A stretch of 64,000 nucleotides of DNA from Paludibacteraceae bacterium (GTDB lineage Bacteria; Bacteroidota; Bacteroidia; Bacteroidales; Paludibacteraceae), in contig JAFZGC010000067.1 in NCBI GenBank assembly GCA_017555595.1, positions 514 to 64,513 on the forward strand. Direction: 5' to 3'. Every line of letters starts with the position of its first letter. Position 1 is the stretch's first letter. Shown piece after piece: positions 1 through 8,165 of this stretch. The position numbers were made by a program, and so were the translations under genes. The notes beneath the pieces were generated by a model that did no database searches, had not been told where the DNA came from, and saw nothing but the letters and a program-made list of their open reading frames with translations.

Positions 1-29
1 TTCAGTTTGATACGAATCTTTTGACTCAT
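1..29 (-). CDS. rpsJ: 30S ribosomal protein S10, first 9 codons only (gene runs off the left edge)
   Basis: The reverse complement of 1-29 reads ATG AGT CAA AAG ATT CGT ATC AAA CTG = MSQKIRIKL, the usual S10 N-terminus. It lies downstream of fusA. Confidence 0.6.
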
Positions 30-157
30 TGTTTTAATTGTTTTTAATTTGTTTTACATTACCCTAGTCGCTCGCACATCCAAAGAGTCATTTGCTCAGA
101 TGACTCGCGCTTCGGTGTTTCTTTACTATGGTTGCCTACCTCAATCATGCCGCGCCT

Positions 158-181
158 GGAACCTTGAAACCTTGGAACCTT
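158..181. repeat. Octamer array ggaacctt gaaacctt ggaacctt in the fusA-rpsJ spacer
   Basis: Three phased 8-mers. Further 8-mer pairs are atcgaact/ttcgaact (283-298) and ttttattg/ttttatta (303-318). Confidence 0.85.
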
Positions 182-321
182 TTTTACAGCGCAGCGTATA
201 TATTATAAGGTACGCGGGTGCGTGCGCACATGCACGCGTGAGTGAAGAGGTTTGAAGTATTGAGCGGCCCTTTGCTCAACCTTATCGAACTTTCGAACTC
301 GGTTTTATTGTTTTATTAAGC

Positions 322-353
322 CAAGGACCAACACATTGGAAGATTGGTCCTTG
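322..353 (-). other. 10-bp stem-loop directly after the fusA stop
   Basis: caaggaccaa-(12-nt loop)-ttggtccttg. No clear T-tract follows, so it may be an attenuator or processing hairpin rather than a terminator. Confidence 0.5.
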
Positions 354-367
354 ACCTTATTTGTTCA

Positions 368-2482
368 TTATACGAGATCTACACGACCACCACACTCTGT
401 CAAGACAGTCTTAGCGATTGTGCTTGATACTGCGTCGTAGTGAGAGAACTCCATGCTGCTGGTCGCACGACCAGAAGTGATGGTACGCAATGCGGTTACA
501 TAACCGAACATCTCGCTCAATGGCACCTTAGCCTTGATCACGCGTGCACCTGTACGAGCGGTATCCATACCCTCTACTTGACCACGACGTTTGTTCAAGT
601 CACCGATAACATCACCCATGCTCTCTTCTGGAGTTACCACCTCAACCTTCATGATTGGCTCCATCAATACTGGACGAGCCTTAGCGCATGCGCTCTTGAA
701 CGCCATTTGTGCGCAGATATCGAATGAGAGTTGGTCAGAGTCAACTGGGTGGAAGCTACCGTCCATCAATGTTACTTTGAGTTTATCTACTGGATAACCA
801 GCCAATACACCAGTCTTCATAGCAGCAGTGAAACCTTTCTCCACAGCTGGGATGTACTCTTTAGGCACGTTACCACCCTTAACCACATCCACGAATTGCA
901 AGCCACCTTCGAAGCCCTCGTCTGCTGGTTCAACGCGAACAATAATGTCAGCGAATTTACCACGACCACCTGATTGCTTCTTGTATGTCTCACGCAACTC
1001 TACTGGAGCAGAGATTGCCTCGCGATATGCTACTTGTGGACGACCTTGGTTACATTCTACCTTGAACTCACGTTTCAGACGGTCGATAATAATCTCCAAG
1101 TGAAGCTCACCCATACCAGAGATCACAGTCTGACCTGTTTGCTCGTCAGTCTTAACGGTAAATGTTGGATCCTCCTCTGCCAATTTAGCCAAACCTACAC
1201 CCAGTTTGTCGAGGTCAGCTTGACTCTTAGGCTCTACAGAGATACCAATCACTGGTGCTGGGAACTCGATAGACTCCAATACAATTGGTTTGTCCTCAGC
1301 ACACAAGGTGTCACCAGTACGAATATCCTTAAAACCTACACCTGCACCGATATCACCTGCGAGAATAGTCTCAACTGGGTTTTGACGGTTTGAGTGCATT
1401 TGGAAGATACGAGAAATACGCTCGCGTTTGCCAGAACGTGGGTTATATACATAAGAACCCGCATCCAACTTACCACTATACACACGGAAGAAGCACAAGC
1501 GACCTACGTATGGGTCAGTAGCAATCTTAAACGCCAATGCGCACAATGAATCCTCATCATCTGGTTTACGAGTAATAGCCTCACCAGTTGAAGGATCTGT
1601 ACCATCGATAATTGGAGTATCGAGTGGACTTGGCAAGTATGCACACACAGCGTTCAACATGGTTTGTACACCCTTGTTCTTGAAAGAAGAACCACAAACC
1701 ATTGGGAAGATTTGCATGCTCAAGCAACCTTTGCGGATAGCAGCACGGATCTCATCCTCTGTGATAGTAGATGGATCATCGAAATATTTCTCCATCAACG
1801 CATCATCAAACTCAGAGATTGTCTCGAGCATCTTATCGCGCCACTCCTCTGCCTCAGCTACGAGGTTTGCAGGAATCTCCTCTACAGAGAAGTCAGCACC
1901 CATAGTCTCATCATTCCATACGTTAGCCTTCATAGTCACAAGGTCAACTACGCCCTTGAAAGTCTCCTCAGCACCGATTGGAATTTGGATTGGACAAGGA
2001 TTAGCACCAAGTACCTCCTTGATTTGGGTAACTACGTCGAAGAAGTTAGCACCAGAACGGTCCATTTTGTTTACGTAGCACAAACGTGGTACGTTGTATT
2101 TATCAGCTTGACGCCATACGGTCTCTGACTGTGGTTGCACACCACCTACGGCGCAGAACGCAGCCACAGCACCGTCCAAGATACGCAACGAACGCTCTAC
2201 CTCTACGGTAAAGTCAACGTGTCCCGGAGTGTCAATCAAGTTGATTTTATACTTATTGCCAGCATATTGCCAATAAGTAGTTGTAGCAGCAGAAGTAATA
2301 GTAATACCACGCTCTTGCTCTTGCTCCATCCAGTCCATGGTAGCTGCACCATCGTGAACCTCACCGATTTTGTGTGTCAAACCGGTGTAGAACAAAATAC
2401 GCTCAGAGGTAGTAGTCTTACCAGCATCAATGTGAGCCATGATGCCGATGTTTCTGTTTAATTTTAAATCGCGTTTAGCCAT
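368..2482 (-). CDS. fusA: Elongation factor G
   Basis: 704-aa ORF with GTPase motifs [17 protein letters not shown] and NKMD. It follows rpsG in str-operon order. Confidence 0.97.
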   Translation of the reverse strand: MAKRDLKLNRNIGIMAHIDAGKTTTSERILFYTGLTHKIGEVHDGAATMDWMEQEQERGITITSAATTTYWQYAGNKYKINLIDTPGHVDFTVEVERSLRILDGAVAAFCAVGGVQPQSETVWRQADKYNVPRLCYVNKMDRSGANFFDVVTQIKEVLGANPCPIQIPIGAEETFKGVVDLVTMKANVWNDETMGADFSVEEIPANLVAEAEEWRDKMLETISEFDDALMEKYFDDPSTITEDEIRAAIRKGCLSMQIFPMVCGSSFKNKGVQTMLNAVCAYLPSPLDTPIIDGTDPSTGEAITRKPDDEDSLCALAFKIATDPYVGRLCFFRVYSGKLDAGSYVYNPRSGKRERISRIFQMHSNRQNPVETILAGDIGAGVGFKDIRTGDTLCAEDKPIVLESIEFPAPVIGISVEPKSQADLDKLGVGLAKLAEEDPTFTVKTDEQTGQTVISGMGELHLEIIIDRLKREFKVECNQGRPQVAYREAISAPVELRETYKKQSGGRGKFADIIVRVEPADEGFEGGLQFVDVVKGGNVPKEYIPAVEKGFTAAMKTGVLAGYPVDKLKVTLMDGSFHPVDSDQLSFDICAQMAFKSACAKARPVLMEPIMKVEVVTPEESMGDVIGDLNKRRGQVEGMDTARTGARVIKAKVPLSEMFGYVTALRTITSGRATSSMEFSHYDAVSSTIAKTVLTECGGRVDLV

Positions 2483-2534
2483 TTTCGTTTCTCTTATCTA
2501 ATACCGTATAATATATTACGCGCGCAGGCACATA

Positions 2535-3008
2535 TTAGAAACGGAAGTGTGCAAATGCACGGTTAGCCTCTGCCATGCGGTGCATATCCTCCTTACGCTT
2601 GAACGCACCACCTTGGTTATTAAACGCATCCATGATCTCTGCAGCAAGTTTCTCAGCCATTGAGTGACCACCACGCTTGCGAGCGAAGAGGATCATATTC
2701 TTCATTGAAATAGACTCCTTGCGGTCAGCACGAATCTCAGTTGGCACTTGGAATGTTGCACCACCGATACGTTTTGACTTCACCTCTACCAAAGGAGTAA
2801 TGTTGCTAAGAGCTTGTTTCCAAACCTCAAGAGCTGTTTGCTCACTCTTCATCTTGTTGGTTACAATCTCCAAAGCGGTATAGAATACGCCATATGCAGT
2901 ATTCTTCTTACCGTCGAGCATAAGGTGGTTCACAAATTTAGCCACCATCACCTCACCAAACACTGGATCTGGAAGGATAACTCGTTTTTTTGGTTTTGCT
3001 TTTCTCAT
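2535..3008 (-). CDS. rpsG: 30S ribosomal protein S7
   Basis: 157-aa [21 protein letters not shown]..., lying between rpsL and fusA. Confidence 0.96.
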   Translation of the reverse strand: MRKAKPKKRVILPDPVFGEVMVAKFVNHLMLDGKKNTAYGVFYTALEIVTNKMKSEQTALEVWKQALSNITPLVEVKSKRIGGATFQVPTEIRADRKESISMKNMILFARKRGGHSMAEKLAAEIMDAFNNQGGAFKRKEDMHRMAEANRAFAHFRF

Positions 3009-3056
3009 TGTTTTGTTTTGTTTTTTGTTGATTGTCTTAACTTCAGCAGGTTTCTT

Positions 3057-3091
3057 CAGCCTCTCGCCTTTAGCCTTTAGCCTCTCGCCTC
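3057..3091. repeat. Five heptamers cagcctc tcgcctt tagcctt tagcctc tcgcctc in the rpsL-rpsG spacer
   Basis: Exact 7-bp phasing. On the mRNA strand it reads GAGGCGA GAGGCTA AAGGCTA AAGGCGA GAGGCTG. Confidence 0.9.
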
Positions 3092-3186
3092 AAGAACTTA
3101 CTCCACCCTGCTTACTCAACCGATCAACCCATTAATAATCTGTCCCAGCGTATGGAACTTTTAGTTAGTTTTGTCAGAATAACCCT

Positions 3187-3220
3187 GCCTTTAGCCTTTC
3201 GCCTCATAGCCTCATAGCCT
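3187..3220. repeat. Second array in the rpsL-rpsG spacer (gccttta gcctttc gcctcata gcctcata gcct)
   Basis: The period is 7/7/8/8 and the motif family is the same GCC(T/A). Confidence 0.85.
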
Positions 3221-3248
3221 ACAAAGCGAGCCCACAGGGCGTGCAGCT

Positions 3249-3629
3249 TTACTTCTTAGCTTTAGGACGCTTAGCGCCATATTTGCTTCGACGTTGCAAG
3301 CGGTTAGCTACACCAGCGGTATCCAATGTACCACGAACAATGTGGTAACGTACACCTGGGAGGTCTTTCACACGACCACCACGCACCATTACGATGCTGT
3401 GCTCTTGCAAGTTGTGACCCTCACCTGGGATGTAAGCGTTCACCTCCTTTTGGTTTGTCAAGCGAACACGTGCTACTTTACGCATAGCAGAGTTTGGCTT
3501 CTTAGGAGTTGTTGTGTAAACGCGTACACAAACGCCACGACGTTGTGGGCAGCTATCCAATGCTGGAGACTTGCTCTTGTCGATAAGTTCTGCTCTTCCT
3601 TTTCTAACTAATTGTTGAATTGTAGGCAT
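3249..3629 (-). CDS. rpsL: 30S ribosomal protein S12
   Basis: 126-aa [15 protein letters not shown]...[11 protein letters not shown], the canonical S12 sequence. Confidence 0.96.
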   Translation of the reverse strand: MPTIQQLVRKGRAELIDKSKSPALDSCPQRRGVCVRVYTTTPKKPNSAMRKVARVRLTNQKEVNAYIPGEGHNLQEHSIVMVRGGRVKDLPGVRYHIVRGTLDTAGVANRLQRRSKYGAKRPKAKK

Positions 3630-3720
3630 TTTAAACTTTTAATTTTGGTTAATAATTTATGTTAATTTAAACTTGTTAGTTTCTTTCGTTTTACACTCAC
3701 TCATTCCACCCTTTCTTCCC

Positions 3721-3769
3721 CTTGCCGCTCGCGATGTTGGCGAGCGGAATTATTGTTTGTGTTGCCTTC
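3721..3769 (+). repeat. Dispersed ~50-bp hairpin element (copy A), inside the rpsL leader region
   Basis: Hairpin ccgctcgc-gatgttg-gcgagcgg followed by aattattgtttgtgttgccttc. It is about 85 percent identical by eye to 37608-37658, and its hairpin is related to the one at 13762-13784. Confidence 0.75.
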
Positions 3770-3808
3770 ATCACACCCACCCGCGTGCACGCGCCGCGAA
3801 AAAGCATG

Positions 3809-3816
3809 CAAAGGTA
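3809..3816 (-). promoter_or_regulatory. Bacteroidetes-type -7 box TACCTTTG upstream of rpsL
   Basis: The plus strand reads caaaggta, about 180 nt upstream of the rpsL ATG. The same 8-mer class recurs in front of many genes in this window. Confidence 0.6.
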
Positions 3817-4242
3817 CTACTTTTTTTCGAATTGGGCAAATATTTCTCGCTAAAAGTTACACTTTTTAGTCATTTTTCTGTATAAAAATTAAAATTGCTA
3901 AACCGACTTTGCAAAATTCACCCCACTTTTCCTCTTAACCCCCTACTCGTCCAATCACTTACAAAACTTTTCAACAACCCAACTCTTTTATAAATCCCTT
4001 TGCCTCCCGCCGTCCTTTGGCTAACCATCGATGCGGTTCTTCGACAATTTAGTTGAAGCCTGTTGCATCAACTTAAGATTCAGCGCACGAGCAGAGCGAG
4101 GAGCGGTGGTAATTTATTACGGAGTACATCGAAATGAAGATGGCACACGCTTTGCAAATAAGATTTATAAGATTTCTCGCGCTTGCGCGTAGGAACTTCG
4201 GTTCTTCGTCAAATTAGTGCCCCCCCTCGCACGCACGATATA

Positions 4243-4297
4243 CCGACACATAACCGACGCATAACCGATACATAACCGATACATAACCGACACATAT
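4243..4297. repeat. 11-bp tandem repeat x5 (ccga[ct][ag]cataa)
   Basis: ccga recurs at 4243, 4254, 4265, 4276 and 4287, an exact 11-bp period. Confidence 0.9.
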
Positions 4298-4342
4298 GAA
4301 TACCCCGTGAATATCCCACGAATACTGACTAAACCTGAAAAA

Positions 4343-4565
4343 GTGTATTGACCCCCATTTTTTGGACACATTAAGTGTTTCATTATGAGACCAAAAGTGT
4401 CATTAGAGTTAAAAATGGAGGCGTTAAAATTGCTTCAAACAGGCTTATCCGTTAGTTCGGTAAGTAAGCAACTCAAGATACCTTCTGGCGTATTACAAAC
4501 CTGGAGTCAGATTTATGCCAAAGAAGGAGTTAAGGGTCTAGTGTACTGACCCCCATTTTTTGAAC
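4343..4565 (+). mobile_element. IS3/IS150-like insertion-sequence remnant: a terminal repeat present twice, flanking a 54-codon transposase orfA (HTH) fragment
   Basis: A 25-bp near-identical direct repeat gtgta(t/c)tgacccccattttttg(g/a)ac occurs at 4343-4367 and 4541-4565. The ORF at 4385-4549 encodes MRPKVSLELKMEALKLLQTGLSVSSVSKQLKIPSGVLQTWSQIYAKEGVKGLVY, which resembles an IS3 orfA N-terminal HTH. No catalytic orfB is present. Confidence 0.5.
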
Positions 4566-4640
4566 CTTAAAAAACACCCTGCCTCGCCACCCTACACAAA
4601 AAAAAATCACCTTTTTCTTGCATATTCGAAAATTTTTCTA

Positions 4641-4648
4641 TATCTTTG
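4641..4648 (+). promoter_or_regulatory. -7 box TATCTTTG, the only good promoter upstream of the 858-aa gene
   Basis: tatctttg at 4641-4648, about 370 nt upstream of the ATG at 5020. Confidence 0.55.
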
Positions 4649-4837
4649 CAGCCGATTTATGAATTTTACACACACATGACTGCCTATCAAAATGCAAAAT
4701 ATTCGACTTCTGCCCTTCAAATAGGGGGGGGTATTTTGTGTGGTTTGACAGGAGATAATTTCTTAAACACGACATCTCGCATATTGTCGCGACTTTTCGC
4801 AGCGACTTGTACTTTTCGACGACGATTTATTAGCAGC

Positions 4838-4871
4838 TGATTGCAATAGATAGTATTGCAGTCACTTTTTG
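4838..4871 (+). terminator. Intrinsic terminator-like hairpin inside the 5' leader of the 858-aa gene
   Basis: An 11-bp stem, tgattgcaata (4838-4848) paired with tattgcagtca (4854-4864, one G-U pair), has the loop gatag and is followed by cttttt. Confidence 0.55.
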
Positions 4872-5019
4872 GCGCGTTTGTATGTTTTATGCAATGCGCA
4901 ATTTTCGCTTTTTTACTTGTCTGTTTTGTCTGTTTGTGATTTATAGTTCAAGGTACATTGTATATTCAAATCTGTTTGATTTATTTATTTTTTATTATTA
5001 ACTTTTAATTTACAAAATT

Positions 5020-7596
5020 ATGAGAAAAATTTTCTTATTTTTGTTCGCAGCTGTGCTGTCAATCGGTACAGCTATGGCGGAATTGGTGACCATCACCGAA
5101 AATCAGTGTACTCTCGAGTACGAAGTGGATGGTAGGGCGTTGTATATTACTGGCGACTACCTCGGAGATCCATTTTCATTAACTCTTTTAAGTGAGAATG
5201 ACATTGACTTGACCGCAGAATCATTTGTGTGCGATGTGCAATCATTGAATATCGCAAATTACAGTAAGTATGCTGATAGAGGTACCGCTACAGTAAAAGT
5301 TTACCCTTATGGCATTGGTATATCAGCAACAGGACTGTATGACTTCGTTGGTGATGACCCAAACACATACGACTTGGTCGATCTTTGGGCAGAACCTAAA
5401 GAAGCTGCCGGAGGTGATGATGTTTCGTATGATGCAGAGTTTACAGTAGATATGACAGGTTTGGAAGCTACAATGGAGCTTACATTTGCGGCTTCAGGAC
5501 AATCAGATGATACGCAATTGGGTGGCCCATTGGGAACTGTAGTAACATATCTAGAATGCGATTGGGAAGCGGTAGATGGCGCTTTACCTGTTCTTCCTGG
5601 CAATAGTTCCTTAACTTTGGCAGATCATGGTCTTCTTGGTGAAGTGTTGGCTGGCTCTGTTGTTCCTGTGCTGGATGCAAGCGAGACCGCATTTGTATCT
5701 GCAACTGCTGTTGTATATGTTTATTTTGAAGATATGGGTACTTTCAAATTCACATTAAACATGACAGCAGGTAGTTCAGAAGAACCAGGAGAACCAGGAG
5801 AATCTGCTACAGTTTCTGTACAAGTATGGAATGCTACATTGAGTCAACAATATGGCACATTGATGCTAGATGGTAGCATGAATGGTGTAGCTGTGCATGC
5901 AGAAGTTCCAGAATTTGAATTTGTGCCTGATACTTGGGACAGGTTTGACTATAGCAATGTCATGGTTGAGGTAGGCACATGGGGAGAGTCAGACTATGTA
6001 GGTATGGCTTACGGCGATGCTACTGTGGAGTTGGATCAAAATACAGTAACAATAACTGGTACAATGACGACAAGTGGTGGAACTACATTTGTTGCGTATA
6101 TCCAAGGCTCATTGCAACCTGCTGACCCAATGGCCTCTACAACCCTTACCATGGAAGGTTTGACAAAATCGGAAGTTAATCGTGGTATGGGTCGTGGTTT
6201 CACACAATTGGCAGATGCTAGCGATAATTCAATTGAGATTTACAACCTCCAAGAGGATGGAACATTTGCATACGGCGATTACCTAAAAGTTACTGCAAAC
6301 ATTAATGAAGTAAGTTTAGAGGGTTCTGGATCTTGGCAAGAAGTGGACGGAACAGAAACCCTAATTGCTACTCTTTATGACGATTATTATACTGAGGTTT
6401 ACTACGTAACAGCCACTGTTGCAGGCGCAAAAACCATAACCCTCACTTGTAGCGATGCGGTTTATTATAAGAACGAATACAACGAGACTATCTTTACAGG
6501 AGTAACCGCAAATGATGAGAGCGTAAAACTTACAATCGCGAATCTTAAAACGGGCATCAACACCGCAGATGCAGGACGTCCTATTTTATGCGAATATGGT
6601 CCTTGGTACGATCCAACATACCTACAAGCAGAGTCTGTTACAGTAACAGCCATTGATCTTACAACTTACACCGTAACAGGTGAATTTACTGACGGTATTA
6701 ACACCTATAATGTTACTATTACGGCAACCCCAATGCCAATTATAGATATGACTATTACTGACGCTGTTTACGAGAAAGATGAATATGGAAATATCTACAT
6801 CAAAGCCGAGTGGAATGGAACCACAGTAAACTTCGAATTACCTGTATGGGCTGGTAACGAAGGCGAGTATTCAGATGTATATTTCACAACAGGAAATGGC
6901 ATGGGCGATGATGACTTTAGTGCTACTGCAGGATACGCTTTATTAGAAACAACAACCACCGAATTTACTCTCACCGGTACATTTACGCACGATTGGGAAC
7001 AAAAGATGTACAACGCAACTATCTCTGGAACTTTCCCTGTTTTCACCCGCACAGTAACTTCTGGTAACTACGGTACAATCTGCTTGCCATTTGGTTCAAC
7101 CGAGTTCTCTGGTGCTACTTTCTATGAAGTAGTAGGTAAAGAGACTGGTAAGGTATACTTGGGCAGCGTAAGCACATTGGTTGCTGGTGTTCCTTATATC
7201 TTCCAAGCTTCTGCAAACGAGTTGACTGTTTACAGCAACGGAACAACTACTGACGAAGCTGGAAGCAAGAATGGTTTGATTGGTAATTTCACCGATGAAA
7301 CAGTTGTTCCTGCAGGACACTATATTCTCTACAGCAACGCATTCATCCCAGCTGATGGTACAACAAACAAAGTGAACGCTAACCGTGCATACCTTAATAT
7401 GAATGCAATAACTGGTGGCAAACCACAACAAGTTCCAGGTCGTCGCTACATCGGTATGGATGTTCAAGACGAGAACGAGGCTACTGGTGTTGACAATATC
7501 ACAACAGGTGCTGAGGTAGTTAAGACTATCGAGAATGGTCAACTCATCATCATCCGTGAAAATGTTAAGTACAACGCACAAGGACAAAAATTATAA
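5020..7596 (+). CDS. Secreted repeat protein of unknown function (858 aa) with a conserved C-terminal domain and tail ...ENGQLIIIRENVKYNAQGQKL
   Basis: Signal peptide MRKIFLFLFAAVLSIGTAMA. T/G/V-rich beta-type modules. The C-terminal ~180 aa align with the C-terminus of the 2658-aa protein. Confidence 0.85.
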   Translation: MRKIFLFLFAAVLSIGTAMAELVTITENQCTLEYEVDGRALYITGDYLGDPFSLTLLSENDIDLTAESFVCDVQSLNIANYSKYADRGTATVKVYPYGIGISATGLYDFVGDDPNTYDLVDLWAEPKEAAGGDDVSYDAEFTVDMTGLEATMELTFAASGQSDDTQLGGPLGTVVTYLECDWEAVDGALPVLPGNSSLTLADHGLLGEVLAGSVVPVLDASETAFVSATAVVYVYFEDMGTFKFTLNMTAGSSEEPGEPGESATVSVQVWNATLSQQYGTLMLDGSMNGVAVHAEVPEFEFVPDTWDRFDYSNVMVEVGTWGESDYVGMAYGDATVELDQNTVTITGTMTTSGGTTFVAYIQGSLQPADPMASTTLTMEGLTKSEVNRGMGRGFTQLADASDNSIEIYNLQEDGTFAYGDYLKVTANINEVSLEGSGSWQEVDGTETLIATLYDDYYTEVYYVTATVAGAKTITLTCSDAVYYKNEYNETIFTGVTANDESVKLTIANLKTGINTADAGRPILCEYGPWYDPTYLQAESVTVTAIDLTTYTVTGEFTDGINTYNVTITATPMPIIDMTITDAVYEKDEYGNIYIKAEWNGTTVNFELPVWAGNEGEYSDVYFTTGNGMGDDDFSATAGYALLETTTTEFTLTGTFTHDWEQKMYNATISGTFPVFTRTVTSGNYGTICLPFGSTEFSGATFYEVVGKETGKVYLGSVSTLVAGVPYIFQASANELTVYSNGTTTDEAGSKNGLIGNFTDETVVPAGHYILYSNAFIPADGTTNKVNANRAYLNMNAITGGKPQQVPGRRYIGMDVQDENEATGVDNITTGAEVVKTIENGQLIIIRENVKYNAQGQKL

Positions 7597-7603
7597 ATAA
7601 TTT

Positions 7604-7668
7604 AGACCGCCTTACGGCTGAAAGAAGTCAGACCATTACATTGTCAGACCGCCCTACGGGCTGAAAGA
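7604..7668 (+). repeat. Two copies of a 22-23 bp unit agaccgcc(t/c)tacgg(g)ctgaaaga in the spacer before the mini-ORF
   Basis: The copies are at 7604-7625 and 7646-7668. They are followed by three copies of GACAGYGAARCG, starting at 7679, 7704 and 7727. Confidence 0.8.
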
Positions 7669-7760
7669 CCCAAGAATCTGACAGCGAACGCAGTGAGTGT
7701 TCTGACAGTGAAACGATCTGACATCCGACAGCGAAGCGGTCACAAAACAAAGTTTTGATT

Positions 7761-7901
7761 ATGAAAAAGAATTATATCGCGCCTCAAACAGAGGCAATTC
7801 AACTTCTCGGTGAGAATGCAATCATGGCTGGTAGCCCTACTGTAGGAGGTGGTAAATTCATCTCAACAGGTGCTGCACAAAGTGATGTTTACGGAGATTA
7901 A
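7761..7901 (+). CDS. Mini-ORF, 46 aa, paralogous to the mini-ORF at 29181-29315
   Basis: Encodes MKKNYIAPQTEAIQLLGENAIMAGSPTVGGGKFISTGAAQSDVYGD. 17 of the first 26 residues are identical to the second copy. Both share the same position 3' of a giant gene, and a terminator follows. Confidence 0.55.
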   Translation: MKKNYIAPQTEAIQLLGENAIMAGSPTVGGGKFISTGAAQSDVYGD

Positions 7902-7967
7902 TAGATAACTTATACAGTTCCTTTTTGTATCGGCACAAGATACCAACAGGTAACTCACAATCAACAG

Positions 7968-7994
7968 AAAACCGCCTCCCAGGCGGTTTTCTTG
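7968..7994 (+). terminator. Rho-independent terminator after the mini-ORF
   Basis: aaaaccgcct-ccc-aggcggttttcttg: a GC-rich stem followed by a T-tract. Confidence 0.8.
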
Positions 7995-8165
7995 TATATT
8001 TCGGTCACCTATAGCAAGAAGTATTGCCGTAAAAACTTGGTACTATTATTGAAACTTTTATAACAAAAAACAATTATTCTAACAAAATTATGCTAATAGA
8101 ATAATTTTATTTGCATAATTCAAAATATTATTGTACCCTTGCAGCGGATTTTCACTTAAAACGCT

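Noticed and set aside
49-255. 68-aa ORF in the fusA-rpsJ spacer
   Set aside because: It lies on the strand opposite to the operon. It reads across octamer repeats and GC-rich palindromes and has no promoter box.
4165-4383. 72-aa minus-strand ORF
   Set aside because: Its translation (…VSVMYRLCIGYASVMCRY…) is simply the 11-bp tandem repeat read in frame.
4628-5034. 12-bp inverted repeat (gaaaatttttct at 4628-4639 and agaaaaattttc at 5023-5034) flanking the promoter and leader of the 858-aa gene, considered as a phase-variation inverton
   Set aside because: The repeat is only 12 bp, A/T-rich and cannot be extended. The right arm lies inside codons 2-5, so inversion would remove the start codon. 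No recombinase gene is nearby. A chance match is likely.
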